Shown here: positions 19,419-29,987 of the stretch, piece after piece
How positions within the stretch are numbered: position 1 is the first letter of the stretch
Layout of the letters: every line of letters begins with the position of its first letter
Assembly: GCA_021806295.1 (NCBI GenBank)
Contig: JAJZXS010000041.1
Coordinates: forward strand, 1,406-65,405
Length of the DNA stretch: 64,000 nt
Origin: Thermoplasmata archaeon
GTDB lineage: Archaea > Thermoplasmatota > Thermoplasmata > Thermoplasmatales > Thermoplasmataceae
Direction of reading: 5' to 3'
Notes under the pieces: model-generated
What the model was told of the DNA's origin: nothing
The model's database searches: none
What the model saw: the letters and a program-made list of their open reading frames with translations, nothing else
Made by a program: the position numbers and the translations under genes

Positions 19419-20539
19419 TGGCAAGGTTTCTGCATTTATCAGATACGCATCTGGGATACAGGCAGTATATGATGGATTTGCGTGAGGAAGATTTCTATGA
19501 ATCGTTCAATGAAGCCATAGACACGGGCCTGGAGGAAAACGTCGATTTTTTTGTACACACCGGAGACCTCTTTGATACATGGTCTCCATCAAACAGGGCC
19601 ATGAACGAATTCAAAAAAGCAATGATAAAACTGTATAAGAAAAACAAGGTAATGTACCTTATAATGGGAGACCATGACCGCCCTAAAAGAACAGATGAGG
19701 TTGCATCCAGGATATTCGATTTTCTCGGTGTGAAACTCCTGGGCACAGAAGGTCTTCAGAATACTGTCATAAACTATGGAGGGGAGGATATACTTTTATC
19801 AGGAATATCCAATATGAAGGGCCTGAGAAAAAATGGCCTGGTGGATCAGTACAGGAAAGCCGATGTTGAGGCCAGGCCTTATAAAAACTCAATTCTAATG
19901 TCACACCAGGGAGTTTCACCATATCTCATAGCAGAAGCCTGCGAGGTGGATTCAAAGGATTTGCCTGTAAATTATAAATATCTGGCATTCGGGCATGTGC
20001 ACGATTCTTATTTGATAACGGACAAATATCCTGTGTTTTCATACGCAGGGTCAACGGATCTGAACAGCACAAATGAGGTGAAAAATTTCGTAAAAAATGG
20101 AAAATCTGTAAATCTGGTTGAAATCCATAATGGCACTGTGGAAGCACAGAGGATAAGGCTGAAATCAACGAGATACCAGGATACAGTATCATCTGATTAC
20201 GGAAACTATATGCAGGATATAGATAAAATCCTGTCCAGGGAAAGGACCAACATAAAGGATCCTCTCATTTCTGTGACCATACACGGCGACGCAAACCGCG
20301 AAGAGGTTAAAATGAAACTAAATGCATTGAGAGATGTAATAATCCGCGGGCCGGTATTTGAAAAAGAAGTTAAAACCGCGGAGGCCAGGCCCAATATGTC
20401 AAAACTTCAGGATTATTTTATGGCATATTTCCATGATGATAATATGGCAATTCTTGCTGAAAACATATTCAATTCCATAAAAAATGAAGACAGCGAAACA
20501 TCATACCGGCTCATAAAGGAGATACTGAAGGTGGAATAA
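19418..20539 (+). CDS. mre11: Mre11 nuclease
   Basis: FLHLSDTHLG, HTGDLFD, GDHD and GHVH phosphoesterase motifs. 1-nt TGATG overlap with herA. Confidence 0.92.
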   Translation: MARFLHLSDTHLGYRQYMMDLREEDFYESFNEAIDTGLEENVDFFVHTGDLFDTWSPSNRAMNEFKKAMIKLYKKNKVMYLIMGDHDRPKRTDEVASRIFDFLGVKLLGTEGLQNTVINYGGEDILLSGISNMKGLRKNGLVDQYRKADVEARPYKNSILMSHQGVSPYLIAEACEVDSKDLPVNYKYLAFGHVHDSYLITDKYPVFSYAGSTDLNSTNEVKNFVKNGKSVNLVEIHNGTVEAQRIRLKSTRYQDTVSSDYGNYMQDIDKILSRERTNIKDPLISVTIHGDANREEVKMKLNALRDVIIRGPVFEKEVKTAEARPNMSKLQDYFMAYFHDDNMAILAENIFNSIKNEDSETSYRLIKEILKVE

Positions 20540-23220
20540 TGATCATAGAGTCACTGAAAATTGTAAATTTCCTTTCCCATGAGGATACGGAAATAAACTT
20601 CGAGCCCGGTATCAATATTATAACAGGAAAAAATGGCGCCGGGAAAACAGGTGTACTGGATGCAATTAAGTTTGCACTTTTTGCAGAATCCAGGAACAAT
20701 GAAAAAAACAACGAACTCATAAAGAAGGGCAAAAACTACTTTGAAATAACACTTAATTTCAACATAAATGGTGAACATTACGAGGTTTACCGTCATTTCG
20801 GTGTGAAAAAGGCGAAGAACGCCGAGAGGCTGGCATATGTCAAAAAAGAGGGCGTTATGGTGGCAGAAACATACGAGGGTGTTAATGCAGAAATAACCAG
20901 GGTTCTCAATGTCTCAAAGGAAGTTTTCAAAAATTCCGTATTTGTGGAGCAGGGCCAGATGGATTCGCTCATAACCGGGACCCCCAAGGAAAGAAAAACT
21001 ATATTTTCTGATATAATAGGCTTAACCTCACTTTCAAAAAGCGCAGAAAAAATAAAGGACATTATAGGAAATTTCAGGGACCAGGCATCAATACTTCAGG
21101 GTGCGAAGGACCGGATAAGTGATCTTAATTCTGAAATAGAGGATCTGGAATCAAAAAAATCCGATGCCCTTGATTCTCTTGCTATGGCGGAAGAGCATAC
21201 CAGGAACCTCGCTGCAGAACTGGAAAAAATAAAAAACACAGTGAGGGAAAGGGATGAAACATTATCCAGGGCTAAAAACCTGGAATCAAACATATACACC
21301 TACAGGAATGAAATAAACATACGCAGTGAAAAAATAAAAAGCATGAAATCCGATCTCCTCCTGCTGCAATCAAAACTGGACAGGCTGAAATCACTGGAAT
21401 CCAATCCTTATTACATTAAAAGGGATACTATAAATAAATATTTTATTAAAAAAACCGGCATTTCAAACATCGAAAAAGATATAAAAAGGCTTGAAACATC
21501 AGGTGAAGAATATAATAACTATTCCGGAAAAATAAAAGGACTTTCCCAGCAGCATATTGAATATTCTGAACTTAAAAAGAAATACAGCGAAAATAACCGG
21601 CAGATAATAAAATACAGGGAAAGCCATGAAAGATACATCAACCTTGTGGGCAGTGTAAAATCCCTCAAAGCCCGTATAGAGTCGGAAAATAACTTTGTTC
21701 AAAAATTTCTTGAAACAAGCGGAATGCAATTAGAAGAACTTGCAGATTCTGCCAGCAGAAGGGAGAGCATTAACCAGGAAATAATCAGAAAAAAAACAAG
21801 GATTTCAGAAATAAAATCCACAGTTGTCAGTTATAACAGCATGCTGGGCGAGATCAGGGAAAACGAAGAGACATTAAGGGGAAAAAATAAATGCCCTCTA
21901 TGCGGTACCGAACTAACAGAAGAACATATGGCGGAAATTTCTGATGAATACAGGGCAAGGGAGGAAAAAATCCTAGCCAGCATAGATGATCTCAAGGTCG
22001 AAAAGCAGAGACTCGATTCAGAGATTGTTAATATGGAAAACATGTACCGGCAGCTGAACAGCAGCGAAATCGGTACGGCAGTTTCATATCTATCGGATAT
22101 CAAGTCAACCGGGAAAGAACTTTCCCGCCTGGAATCAGAAATGGGCAGCAACTACAGCGGATATAAAATGTTCATGAAAACATCTGCTGAAAATGATATA
22201 ATATCAAAGAAACTGGAAGAATACCAGAAATATGAGGATAGTTATACCAGATATTCAAATATGATTTCGGGGATCAATATTGATGAATTGAACAGGGAGC
22301 TCAGCGAATTAAAAGGCAGGTTCCAGGAGGCCAGCAGGGATGCTGCCAACCTGCTTGGAGAAATAGGATTCGAACCAGATCCCTCAGAATATGGAAAAAT
22401 AGAATCAATTTCACAGGAAATTGAAAACATGCGGTCAGATGTGGAGAGAGCCAGAAATCTTGAGGCTTCAATTAAATCCATTAACGATGAAATAGAAGAA
22501 AGAAACAAATCAATAATTGATATAGAAAAAAAACTTTCTGATACCAGGGAGCTACTGAATACATATAAGGATGTAGACACAGAATTAAGAAATGCAGAAA
22601 ATAAACATTCTGATTCAATAAAGGAACAGACTAAGTTCAGCACCCTTGTAGAAACATACAGTGAACGTGTAAATGAGAATAAAAATACCATAAGCAAACT
22701 TCAGGGGGATGCAGGAAGGTACAGCAAACTTGTGGATACCATCTCCACCCTGAATAAAATCAGGGAGTCTTTTGACTACAATGGTATACAGTCAATGATC
22801 AGGAAGGATGCATCAGCATCCATGACAAACCTAACAAGAAAATACCTGCAATCATTCAACCTTGATTTTGACGATATAGGAATTGATGAGAATTTTGATA
22901 TAAGGGTAACACAGAATTCCATGGAACAGACACTTGAATCACTCAGTGGAGGTGAAAAAACTGCGCTTGCTATTGCATTGCGCCTATCAGTTACGGAATA
23001 CGTTCTTGACCGGATAAGCACAATTATAATGGATGAACCCACAAATTTCCTGGATGAGGACAGAAGGAATAATCTCAAGGATATTATACTTTATTCATTG
23101 AAGGGTGATAACATAGTGCCACAGATGATAATGATAACGCATCACAGTGAACTGATATCGGTTGCAGACTTATCTTACGAGATGGTAAAACATAATGGCA
23201 CTACACATGTAATCTCATAA
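20539..23220 (+). CDS. rad50: Rad50 ATPase
   Basis: Walker A GKNGAGKTG, long coiled coils, CPLCG zinc hook, signature LSGGE, and Walker B IIMDEPT. 1-nt TAATG overlap with mre11. Confidence 0.95.
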   Translation: MIIESLKIVNFLSHEDTEINFEPGINIITGKNGAGKTGVLDAIKFALFAESRNNEKNNELIKKGKNYFEITLNFNINGEHYEVYRHFGVKKAKNAERLAYVKKEGVMVAETYEGVNAEITRVLNVSKEVFKNSVFVEQGQMDSLITGTPKERKTIFSDIIGLTSLSKSAEKIKDIIGNFRDQASILQGAKDRISDLNSEIEDLESKKSDALDSLAMAEEHTRNLAAELEKIKNTVRERDETLSRAKNLESNIYTYRNEINIRSEKIKSMKSDLLLLQSKLDRLKSLESNPYYIKRDTINKYFIKKTGISNIEKDIKRLETSGEEYNNYSGKIKGLSQQHIEYSELKKKYSENNRQIIKYRESHERYINLVGSVKSLKARIESENNFVQKFLETSGMQLEELADSASRRESINQEIIRKKTRISEIKSTVVSYNSMLGEIRENEETLRGKNKCPLCGTELTEEHMAEISDEYRAREEKILASIDDLKVEKQRLDSEIVNMENMYRQLNSSEIGTAVSYLSDIKSTGKELSRLESEMGSNYSGYKMFMKTSAENDIISKKLEEYQKYEDSYTRYSNMISGINIDELNRELSELKGRFQEASRDAANLLGEIGFEPDPSEYGKIESISQEIENMRSDVERARNLEASIKSINDEIEERNKSIIDIEKKLSDTRELLNTYKDVDTELRNAENKHSDSIKEQTKFSTLVETYSERVNENKNTISKLQGDAGRYSKLVDTISTLNKIRESFDYNGIQSMIRKDASASMTNLTRKYLQSFNLDFDDIGIDENFDIRVTQNSMEQTLESLSGGEKTALAIALRLSVTEYVLDRISTIIMDEPTNFLDEDRRNNLKDIILYSLKGDNIVPQMIMITHHSELISVADLSYEMVKHNGTTHVIS

Positions 23221-23347
23221 TTATTTTTCACCATTTTCATAAAATTCATTGCACAGATAGAATTAGCACATAGAGTAACCTATAAATGCATCATTTCCAC
23301 TTTAAAACACCAAACACTAAAATATCCCTGTGGTATTATAAAGAGAA

Positions 23348-23890
23348 ATGATTAATATTGATTATTCCGAGACTGTATACAGGCCCGCAGAGGATACATA
23401 TCTCCTGATGGATCACACAAAATGTGGACAAAAGGTTCTGGAGATGGGGGCAGGCACAGGGATAATCTCCATAAACCTTGCACTCCAGGGCCATACAGTG
23501 ACGGCAGTGGACATATCGCAGGATGCCGTTGAACTGATAAAACATAATGCAGGGATCAATAAAGTTAGCATTGAAGTAATAGAATCGGATCTTTTCCAGA
23601 ATATCCACGGAAAATACGATACCCTGATATTTAACCCACCATACCTGCCGGTAGAGAACGAAAGTCCTCAGTGGGCGGGAGGCAGTGATGGATTTGCCGT
23701 TACAGGAAGATTCCTCGCATCTGCAGATAAATATTTGAATAGATGTGGGAACATTTATATTATACTATCCGACCTTACAGATATAGAATCATTTATAAGG
23801 AAAAATAAAAATTATGTATTTACAGAAATTGCATCAGAGAGTTTTGATTTTGAATCCATCAAGCTTTACGAGCTAAAAGTGAGAAAATGA
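23348..23890 (+). CDS. HemK/Mtq2-like SAM-dependent methyltransferase (N5-glutamine type)
   Basis: LEMGAGTGIIS SAM motif and NPPY (LIFNPPYLP). Confidence 0.8.
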   Translation: MINIDYSETVYRPAEDTYLLMDHTKCGQKVLEMGAGTGIISINLALQGHTVTAVDISQDAVELIKHNAGINKVSIEVIESDLFQNIHGKYDTLIFNPPYLPVENESPQWAGGSDGFAVTGRFLASADKYLNRCGNIYIILSDLTDIESFIRKNKNYVFTEIASESFDFESIKLYELKVRK

Positions 23891-24969
23891 CAATACAGGA
23901 AAGAATAAAGGAAATAGAGGACGAAATTAAAAAAACCCAGAAAAATAAGGCCACGGAAAAACATATAGGCCTTCTCAAGGCACGGATGTCCAAGCTGGAA
24001 CTTGAGGAGGAATCGCATAAGAAGTCAGGAGGCTATGGTTTTTCTGTTTCAAAAAGCGGGGATGCAACAATGGCACTGGTAGGATACCCCAACGTAGGCA
24101 AGAGCTCTCTCCTTAATGCACTTACAAATAAAAAAAGCACTGTTGGGAACTTTGAATTTACGACCCTCACAGTTATTCCCGGTACATTGAATTATAATGG
24201 GGCACAGATACAGATACTAGACCTTCCAGGGATTATAGATAATGCCGCCCTGGGGGCAGGGCGTGGCAGGGAGATAATAAGCACAATACGTAATGTCGAC
24301 CTCATAGTCATGGTGACGGATATCCAGCTCAAGGGGCTCGATCGTATAGTTGCAGAACTTTACAAGGCGGGCATAGTCTTGAACAGGAAGCGGAAGGATA
24401 TATCATTCAAAAGGACAAATTACGGCGGCCTGAGGATACATAAACCAAGAAATGTGGATATAGATAACAGTGATATCAGGGATATAGCCAAGGAATTCAA
24501 AATTGTCAATGGAGATATATATATCAGGGAAAGCATAGATATTGATGATCTCATAGATTTTTTCAAGGGAAATATAGTGTATATAAAATCTTTCATGGTT
24601 GTCAATAAAATAGATATGCCCCATGATGAAGAACAGCTGAAAAAACACCTGAAAAATTTCGGCAATTATATAGAGGTTTCAGCAGAAACAGGGTATAATC
24701 TGGAAAACATGAAGAATATGATTTATAAATCACTGGACATGGTCCGTGTGTATATGAGAAATAAGGCAGGCGAGGTAGATTATGAAAGGCCATTAATACT
24801 GAGCGAGGGGGCCACAGTCAGGGATGTGTGCAGAAAAATCAGCCGGGAAATGATTTCCACCTTCAGGTACGCGATCATAACCGGTCCATCAAGGAGAATA
24901 GAAGCCAGGGTCGGTCTCGATTATAAAGTGAATGATGAGGATGTCGTAACACTGATAAGCAAGTACTGA
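23887..24969 (+). CDS. DRG/Rbg-family GTP-binding protein with C-terminal TGS domain
   Basis: G1 GYPNVGKSS, G3 DLPG, G4 NKID. ATGA overlap with the methylase. Confidence 0.9.
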   Translation: MTIQERIKEIEDEIKKTQKNKATEKHIGLLKARMSKLELEEESHKKSGGYGFSVSKSGDATMALVGYPNVGKSSLLNALTNKKSTVGNFEFTTLTVIPGTLNYNGAQIQILDLPGIIDNAALGAGRGREIISTIRNVDLIVMVTDIQLKGLDRIVAELYKAGIVLNRKRKDISFKRTNYGGLRIHKPRNVDIDNSDIRDIAKEFKIVNGDIYIRESIDIDDLIDFFKGNIVYIKSFMVVNKIDMPHDEEQLKKHLKNFGNYIEVSAETGYNLENMKNMIYKSLDMVRVYMRNKAGEVDYERPLILSEGATVRDVCRKISREMISTFRYAIITGPSRRIEARVGLDYKVNDEDVVTLISKY

Positions 24970-25106
24970 AATTCAATGACTTCCATCTAATTCATGAACT
25001 CCTCGGATTTCTAGCTGAAATCTAATAAATTGCAAAATATTCTTTGCCTTCACAAAATTAAGAATAAATAAGAAATCAATTTAATTTTAAAAATTATAAT
25101 AGTGAT

Positions 25107-26162
25107 TTATTTTGGCATTTCCTGTTTGTTCTTTTCAATTTTTTCCGGGTTAAATGATAGTTTGCCACTGTTGTAAACAAAGGCGTACATCACCATGAGC
25201 AACAGGAACAGTATGCCCCCTATAATGCTCAGCCAGAAATTTGCGGCCTGCATTGAATTTGGTGAGGCAAAGGCATTTATCGAATATGCATTCCCCGCAA
25301 TTCTTGTTATGGGAAGTTCCAGGAACAGCACGGAAATAGTAACCGCAACAAACCAGAATGGTTTATACGATGCCAGATGTGTTGTAGATTTAGCCATGTA
25401 AAGCAATGGCACTGCTAGGGTTATTATAACAGGAAGTACCATATAGTACCCTACAAACTTTGCTCCTGCAAGTGTTGCCACAACATTCCATGCATTTACA
25501 TTAAGGAATAGCCCGAATATTATGGTAAGCAGTGGAACCCAGCTTGTTCTCTTTGCGAGCCTGTAAAATACCTGTGACATCCCGTATGCTATGAACAATG
25601 TGCCAAACAGGAATTCCCAGTATACAGCCGAATAAACTGGGGAGGTAAGTAGCGCAGTGTAATCCACATAGGACTTTGAGAGGTTTACAGTATTCAGATG
25701 GAGCAGAGGTGGCAATGATGGTATTGCTGTAGATACACTATTTCCTATTAGAAGTGCTGCAACAGCTGTGGCAAACCCTATTACCATAAGGAAAGTTGCA
25801 CCTGAGTAAAACATCATCAATGGCCTGCTGTCAACCTTTTTCCATATGAATTCTGCATATATTATGGCAACATTTCTCAGTATTAATAAAGCAACGAAGG
25901 TTCCTATTACAGGTATAAACAGGTATGAGGCTATGGGTGTAAGCCCGGAATATATCAGCTCAAGCTCCACCACAAAGAACACAATCATTGTTCCGGTTAT
26001 CTCCCATATGGGAACTATATGCTTCAGTACCACTGTTTTGTGCTTTTCATAGTTGCTGAATATTGGAAACACAGCTATGAATTCCGAAAACAGGAATGTT
26101 ACCATTGCGGCAATTACTATTTTCAGAAATACCCCATCTGCATTAAGGTATGAAAAAGACAT
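25107..26162 (-). CDS. cydB: Cytochrome bd-type oxidase subunit II (divergent)
   Basis: Polytopic, 351 aa. It abuts the end of cydA with no gap. VPIWEITGTMIVF and LILRNVAIIYAEF resemble CydB conserved regions. Confidence 0.7.
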   Translation of the reverse strand: MSFSYLNADGVFLKIVIAAMVTFLFSEFIAVFPIFSNYEKHKTVVLKHIVPIWEITGTMIVFFVVELELIYSGLTPIASYLFIPVIGTFVALLILRNVAIIYAEFIWKKVDSRPLMMFYSGATFLMVIGFATAVAALLIGNSVSTAIPSLPPLLHLNTVNLSKSYVDYTALLTSPVYSAVYWEFLFGTLFIAYGMSQVFYRLAKRTSWVPLLTIIFGLFLNVNAWNVVATLAGAKFVGYYMVLPVIITLAVPLLYMAKSTTHLASYKPFWFVAVTISVLFLELPITRIAGNAYSINAFASPNSMQAANFWLSIIGGILFLLLMVMYAFVYNSGKLSFNPEKIEKNKQEMPK

Positions 26163-27710
26163 TTATCTCGCCCCCGCATTTACACTGTTTATATCCTTGC
26201 CTGGATTATTGATATTCAGGTCCTTTTCAGCCTTTCTGAGTTCATCATCCACATTTGCCAGGTTCAGCACCTTGGCATTGAAGTAGAATGTGAAGGGTAT
26301 TATTATCAGATAGAATAGAATTATCACTATTCCCAGATACCAAACGATTGTGGATGTGGATGCAGCCTCTGCTATGGTCATCACACCGTAATGCCCTGCT
26401 ATTATTGGCTGCCCTGCTGAATTGTATGGCATCAGTATTATATAAGGAACCCTTCCGACTTCTGCGGTATACCATCCATCTTCCATGGTGAACATTCCCA
26501 GGAAACCCATGCCTATGAATCCGTAGAGAATCCATTTCATGTTGAATATATCTTTTTTCATCAGCCTCAGCACAAGGACAATAAACCAGAACAACCCCAT
26601 TAGCAATCCGAAACCTACCATGAGGTCAAGTGTGTCATGTATAACCGATGGTGCCCATGTATAGGATGGGTAGGAGGAAAGCCCCGGTATATATCCAGCA
26701 TTGCCCTTTGTGAGTGGATATGCTAGCAGGGACTGTATTCCGGCCAGCGGGATGAAATCCACAGATTTCCCGTTCACGATGAATCCGAATAAATGCTCTG
26801 GGGCACCGGACATTACGGGATGCATATTTAGTTCAAGCATTGCATATTTTAATGGCTCTACTACCAAGAGAGTTGATAATTCGATAGAACCGCTTATACC
26901 TATAAGAATTATGTCCACAATTCCGATTGCAGAAAGTATTTTCATTGCAGACCTGTCAATTTTCTTCTCCTCATCGTTCTTTGACTTTAAGTACTTGTAT
27001 GCAAAATAGGCTAAAAGGGCCATTGATCCTGCGAAGTACATTGCCATGAACATATGGAATAACTCCGGGCCTGTTGAGGGCTCATCGAAAACCTTCAATG
27101 GATTTACACCGGTTATAACAGATCCTCCTGAACTGATATATTTTGCTATGTTGAACGATCCTGTAGGCGTATTCATCCATGCATTTACATTTGTGATCAG
27201 CCATGCCGAAGCCCCTGTGCCAAATAAAACTCCCCAGGATACAAGCCAGTGGTTCCATCTGTTTTTGAAATTGTCCCAGAAGTATACATAAACCATAAGC
27301 GTTATGGATTCAACCAGGAAGGCAAAAACCTCTGCATAGAAGCTCAACATTGCAACTGCCCCTACAAGCCTCATGAACACGGGCCAGAATAGCATCAGCT
27401 CAACCGCCATGAAAACTCCTGACGCAGTCCCTATGGCGAAATTGATCACCAGGGCTATACTCAATTTATGAGCCAGAGCCTCATAATATTTGTTCTTCCT
27501 TTTCAGTGCTATATATTCTGCAATAGTTATTACAAGTGCCATTGCCAGCGTTATCCCCACTATAATGATATGCGCTGAAATCGTATATGCGAACATTGCA
27601 CTGTCCCAGACTGGATATGATATTCCCATCTTAATCAAATATAGCATTTTAAAATGGTATTTATTACATTTACCTAACATGTCAGGTACTCCACTTTTAT
27701 ATAATAGCAA
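26163..27710 (-). CDS. cydA: Cytochrome bd-type oxidase subunit I
   Basis: Polytopic with a CydA-like N-terminal region (SAHIIIVGITLAM..., FAIGTASGVFMAVELMLFWP). The true start is probably internal (M at 27647 or 27629). Confidence 0.8.
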   Translation of the reverse strand: MLLYKSGVPDMLGKCNKYHFKMLYLIKMGISYPVWDSAMFAYTISAHIIIVGITLAMALVITIAEYIALKRKNKYYEALAHKLSIALVINFAIGTASGVFMAVELMLFWPVFMRLVGAVAMLSFYAEVFAFLVESITLMVYVYFWDNFKNRWNHWLVSWGVLFGTGASAWLITNVNAWMNTPTGSFNIAKYISSGGSVITGVNPLKVFDEPSTGPELFHMFMAMYFAGSMALLAYFAYKYLKSKNDEEKKIDRSAMKILSAIGIVDIILIGISGSIELSTLLVVEPLKYAMLELNMHPVMSGAPEHLFGFIVNGKSVDFIPLAGIQSLLAYPLTKGNAGYIPGLSSYPSYTWAPSVIHDTLDLMVGFGLLMGLFWFIVLVLRLMKKDIFNMKWILYGFIGMGFLGMFTMEDGWYTAEVGRVPYIILMPYNSAGQPIIAGHYGVMTIAEAASTSTIVWYLGIVIILFYLIIIPFTFYFNAKVLNLANVDDELRKAEKDLNINNPGKDINSVNAGAR

Positions 27711-27741
27711 ATTTTTTTAAATACCAATTACATATCATGAT

Positions 27742-28365
27742 GTGTCAAAATCAAGCAGGGAAATCACCGCAGTAATTACTGTAAAAAGAAAGGACTGTGA
27801 AATTACAAATTATATACTCCAGACATTTCCAGATGCCAGTATTGAACGCCTTAAAATTGATGGAAAAACAACTACCCATAGAATATCTTTCAGATCAGAT
27901 GAAGACGCTGATTCTGCGCTCCCTGAAATAAAAAAAATAACCATTGATACTGTTAAAACTGGAAAAAGAATAGTATGGGCAAAGGGATCTTGTTGCAGTG
28001 CCTGCTCTGTGATTGGCAACTCCGAGGCTGTAATAATTGGGAGTAGGGTTGTTAGCCCTGAAGTACTGTCATACCGCGTTTCTCTTCCAGGAATCTCAAA
28101 ACTTATGGATTTAAAGCGTAATTTGCAGAGGGAAGGAATGGAATTTTCCATTTCTGATATTTCATTTGACGAGGGAAATGCCATAACAGACAGGGAGAAG
28201 GAGATTATTTTTTCGCTCTATGAGTACGGATATTTTGACCCGGAACGGAAGATGTCACTTACACAGATTGCCGAGCAGATGGGTATTTCCACTGCGGCCC
28301 TTTCTGAAATACTCAGGAAAACATTAAGAAAAATAGTAAAGGACTATGTAGAAAGTAAACTATAA
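27742..28365 (+). CDS. HTH_10 (Bat-type) regulator with an N-terminal Cys-cluster domain
   Basis: The C-terminal ITDREKEIIFSLYEYGYFDPERKMSLTQIAEQMGISTAALSEILRKTLRKI matches HTH_10. GSCCSACSV lies in the N-terminal domain. GTG start, divergent from cydA. Confidence 0.7.
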   Translation: MSKSSREITAVITVKRKDCEITNYILQTFPDASIERLKIDGKTTTHRISFRSDEDADSALPEIKKITIDTVKTGKRIVWAKGSCCSACSVIGNSEAVIIGSRVVSPEVLSYRVSLPGISKLMDLKRNLQREGMEFSISDISFDEGNAITDREKEIIFSLYEYGYFDPERKMSLTQIAEQMGISTAALSEILRKTLRKIVKDYVESKL

Positions 28366-28399
28366 GCAAATTTTTTATCGGGTTAAGCAATAATACACC

Positions 28400-28666
28400 A
28401 TGGCAGGTATGGAATATATATTTCACGGAAATGTACAGGGAATCGGTTTCAGGGCACATGTTAAAAAGAAAGCGTCTGAATTGGGAATTACAGGCTGGGT
28501 AAAAAATATGGACGATGGGTCGGTAAAAGCAGTTTTTTCTGGAGACCCTGAGATGATCTCCATACTGGAAGCCTACTGCAGGAAAATTCCATTATCAGAA
28601 ATAACATCTGTAGATTCAATACCTGCAGATAATTGCAAATTTGAAACATTTGAAATACTCAAATAA
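28400..28666 (+). CDS. acyP: Acylphosphatase
   Basis: 88 aa with the family signature HGNVQGIGFRAHVKKKASELGITGWVKNMDDGSV. Confidence 0.9.
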   Translation: MAGMEYIFHGNVQGIGFRAHVKKKASELGITGWVKNMDDGSVKAVFSGDPEMISILEAYCRKIPLSEITSVDSIPADNCKFETFEILK

Positions 28667-28669
28667 TAT

Positions 28670-29875
28670 TTATCCAACAATTCTATACTTGTATCCAAGT
28701 TTATCCAGATTTCCAAGGAGTTCTTCAATCCTTTCCCTGTCCAGTATATTTATTGTAAATAGAAGATACTGGTATCCAATCGGGGTATCTTTGTTAAGAT
28801 TATCAACCTCGGCATGGTATATATTTGCCCCAGAGGATGAAATTGCGCTGACTATCTTTTCCATGGTTCCCGGGTGGTCAGGTATCTTGAACTCCAGCCG
28901 TAGAAGCTTATCCTCCATTTCCATTGCCCTGTATATTATATTGGAAAGCAGAAGGAAATTGATGTTCCCGCCCGATAGCACAATAACTACTTTCCTCCCT
29001 TTGACGTCTATCTTGCTTTCAAATAAAGCTGCCAGGCCTGCAGCACCAGAGGGTTCAACCAGAACCTTTTCCCTCTCCAGCAATTTGAAAAGCGCATATG
29101 CAATATTCTCGTCGGATACGGTCACAACAGAATCCACATATTTTTTGACAAGTTCGAAGGTTATATTCCCGGGATATTTCACTGCAATACCGTCTGCTAT
29201 GGTATCATTGCTGGTATATGGCACTATCTTATCTTCCTTCAACGAAAGTTCCATGGAATTTGCCTTTTCTGATTCCACTCCTATTACCCTGATATTCCTG
29301 TCCGATGATTTTAAGGCAAATGATATACCTGAAATAAGGCCTCCCCCTCCTATGGGAACTATAACAATATCAGGCTTGACATCCTCAAGTATTTCAAGTC
29401 CTATTGTCCCCTGCCCTGCTATAATATCTTCATCATTATATGCCTCAATAAATTCCCTTTTCTCTTCAACGGAAATCTTTGTTGCGTATTCATGAGCCTC
29501 ATCATAGCTGTTTCCCTTCAATATTACCTTCCCTCCATAGGACTGGACAGCGTTAATTTTGGTCGGTGGCGTTGTTTCAGGCATTACAATCTTTGCATCG
29601 ATGCCGTAATATGCTGCAGCGAATGCAACTCCCTGGGCATGATTCCCTGCACTGGCTGTTATAACTCCCATCTTCTTCTGATCACCTGTAAGTCTGGAAA
29701 ATTTTACCATAGCCCCCCGGGACTTGAATGACCCTGTTTTCTGGAAATTTTCCATTTTGAAATAAACATCGCAAGAAAACATTTTACTGAAGGTTGTGGA
29801 ATGGAACAATGGTGTCCTGTGAAGTTTTCCATTGATCTCTTTCTCTGCATCCTCAATTCTACCGTAATCTAACAT
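28670..29875 (-). CDS. Threonine ammonia-lyase (threonine dehydratase, PLP-dependent, with C-terminal ACT-like domain)
   Basis: FQKTGSFKSRGA (PLP lysine), SAGNHAQG and GGGGLISG. Confidence 0.88.
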   Translation of the reverse strand: MLDYGRIEDAEKEINGKLHRTPLFHSTTFSKMFSCDVYFKMENFQKTGSFKSRGAMVKFSRLTGDQKKMGVITASAGNHAQGVAFAAAYYGIDAKIVMPETTPPTKINAVQSYGGKVILKGNSYDEAHEYATKISVEEKREFIEAYNDEDIIAGQGTIGLEILEDVKPDIVIVPIGGGGLISGISFALKSSDRNIRVIGVESEKANSMELSLKEDKIVPYTSNDTIADGIAVKYPGNITFELVKKYVDSVVTVSDENIAYALFKLLEREKVLVEPSGAAGLAALFESKIDVKGRKVVIVLSGGNINFLLLSNIIYRAMEMEDKLLRLEFKIPDHPGTMEKIVSAISSSGANIYHAEVDNLNKDTPIGYQYLLFTINILDRERIEELLGNLDKLGYKYRIVG

Positions 29876-29987
29876 GAAATTGAATTGCCTTTACGCATAT
29901 ATATGCTTTGAAATGGAAAATTGGGGATATTTTTCTTGTCACTGTATATTTATATATATTGGAGCCATATTTTTAACAGGTGTACAG

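Noticed and set aside
24970-25106. Possible C/D box sRNA downstream of the DRG GTPase gene (AATGACT ... CTGA)
   Set aside because: The box sequences do not match the consensus and the spacing is too short.
28641-29495. 284-aa + strand ORF, Ser/Ile/Leu-rich
   Set aside because: It is entirely antisense to the well-supported threonine dehydratase gene. Its low-complexity composition is typical of shadow ORFs in AT-rich genomes, and it has no motifs.
29874-29987. 5' extension of the acyl-CoA dehydrogenase ORF
   Set aside because: It reads through the divergent promoter spacer (TATA-like runs) shared with threonine dehydratase. ACAD homology begins at LKDEYLMIQQ, and TTG 29988 has AGGTG upstream.
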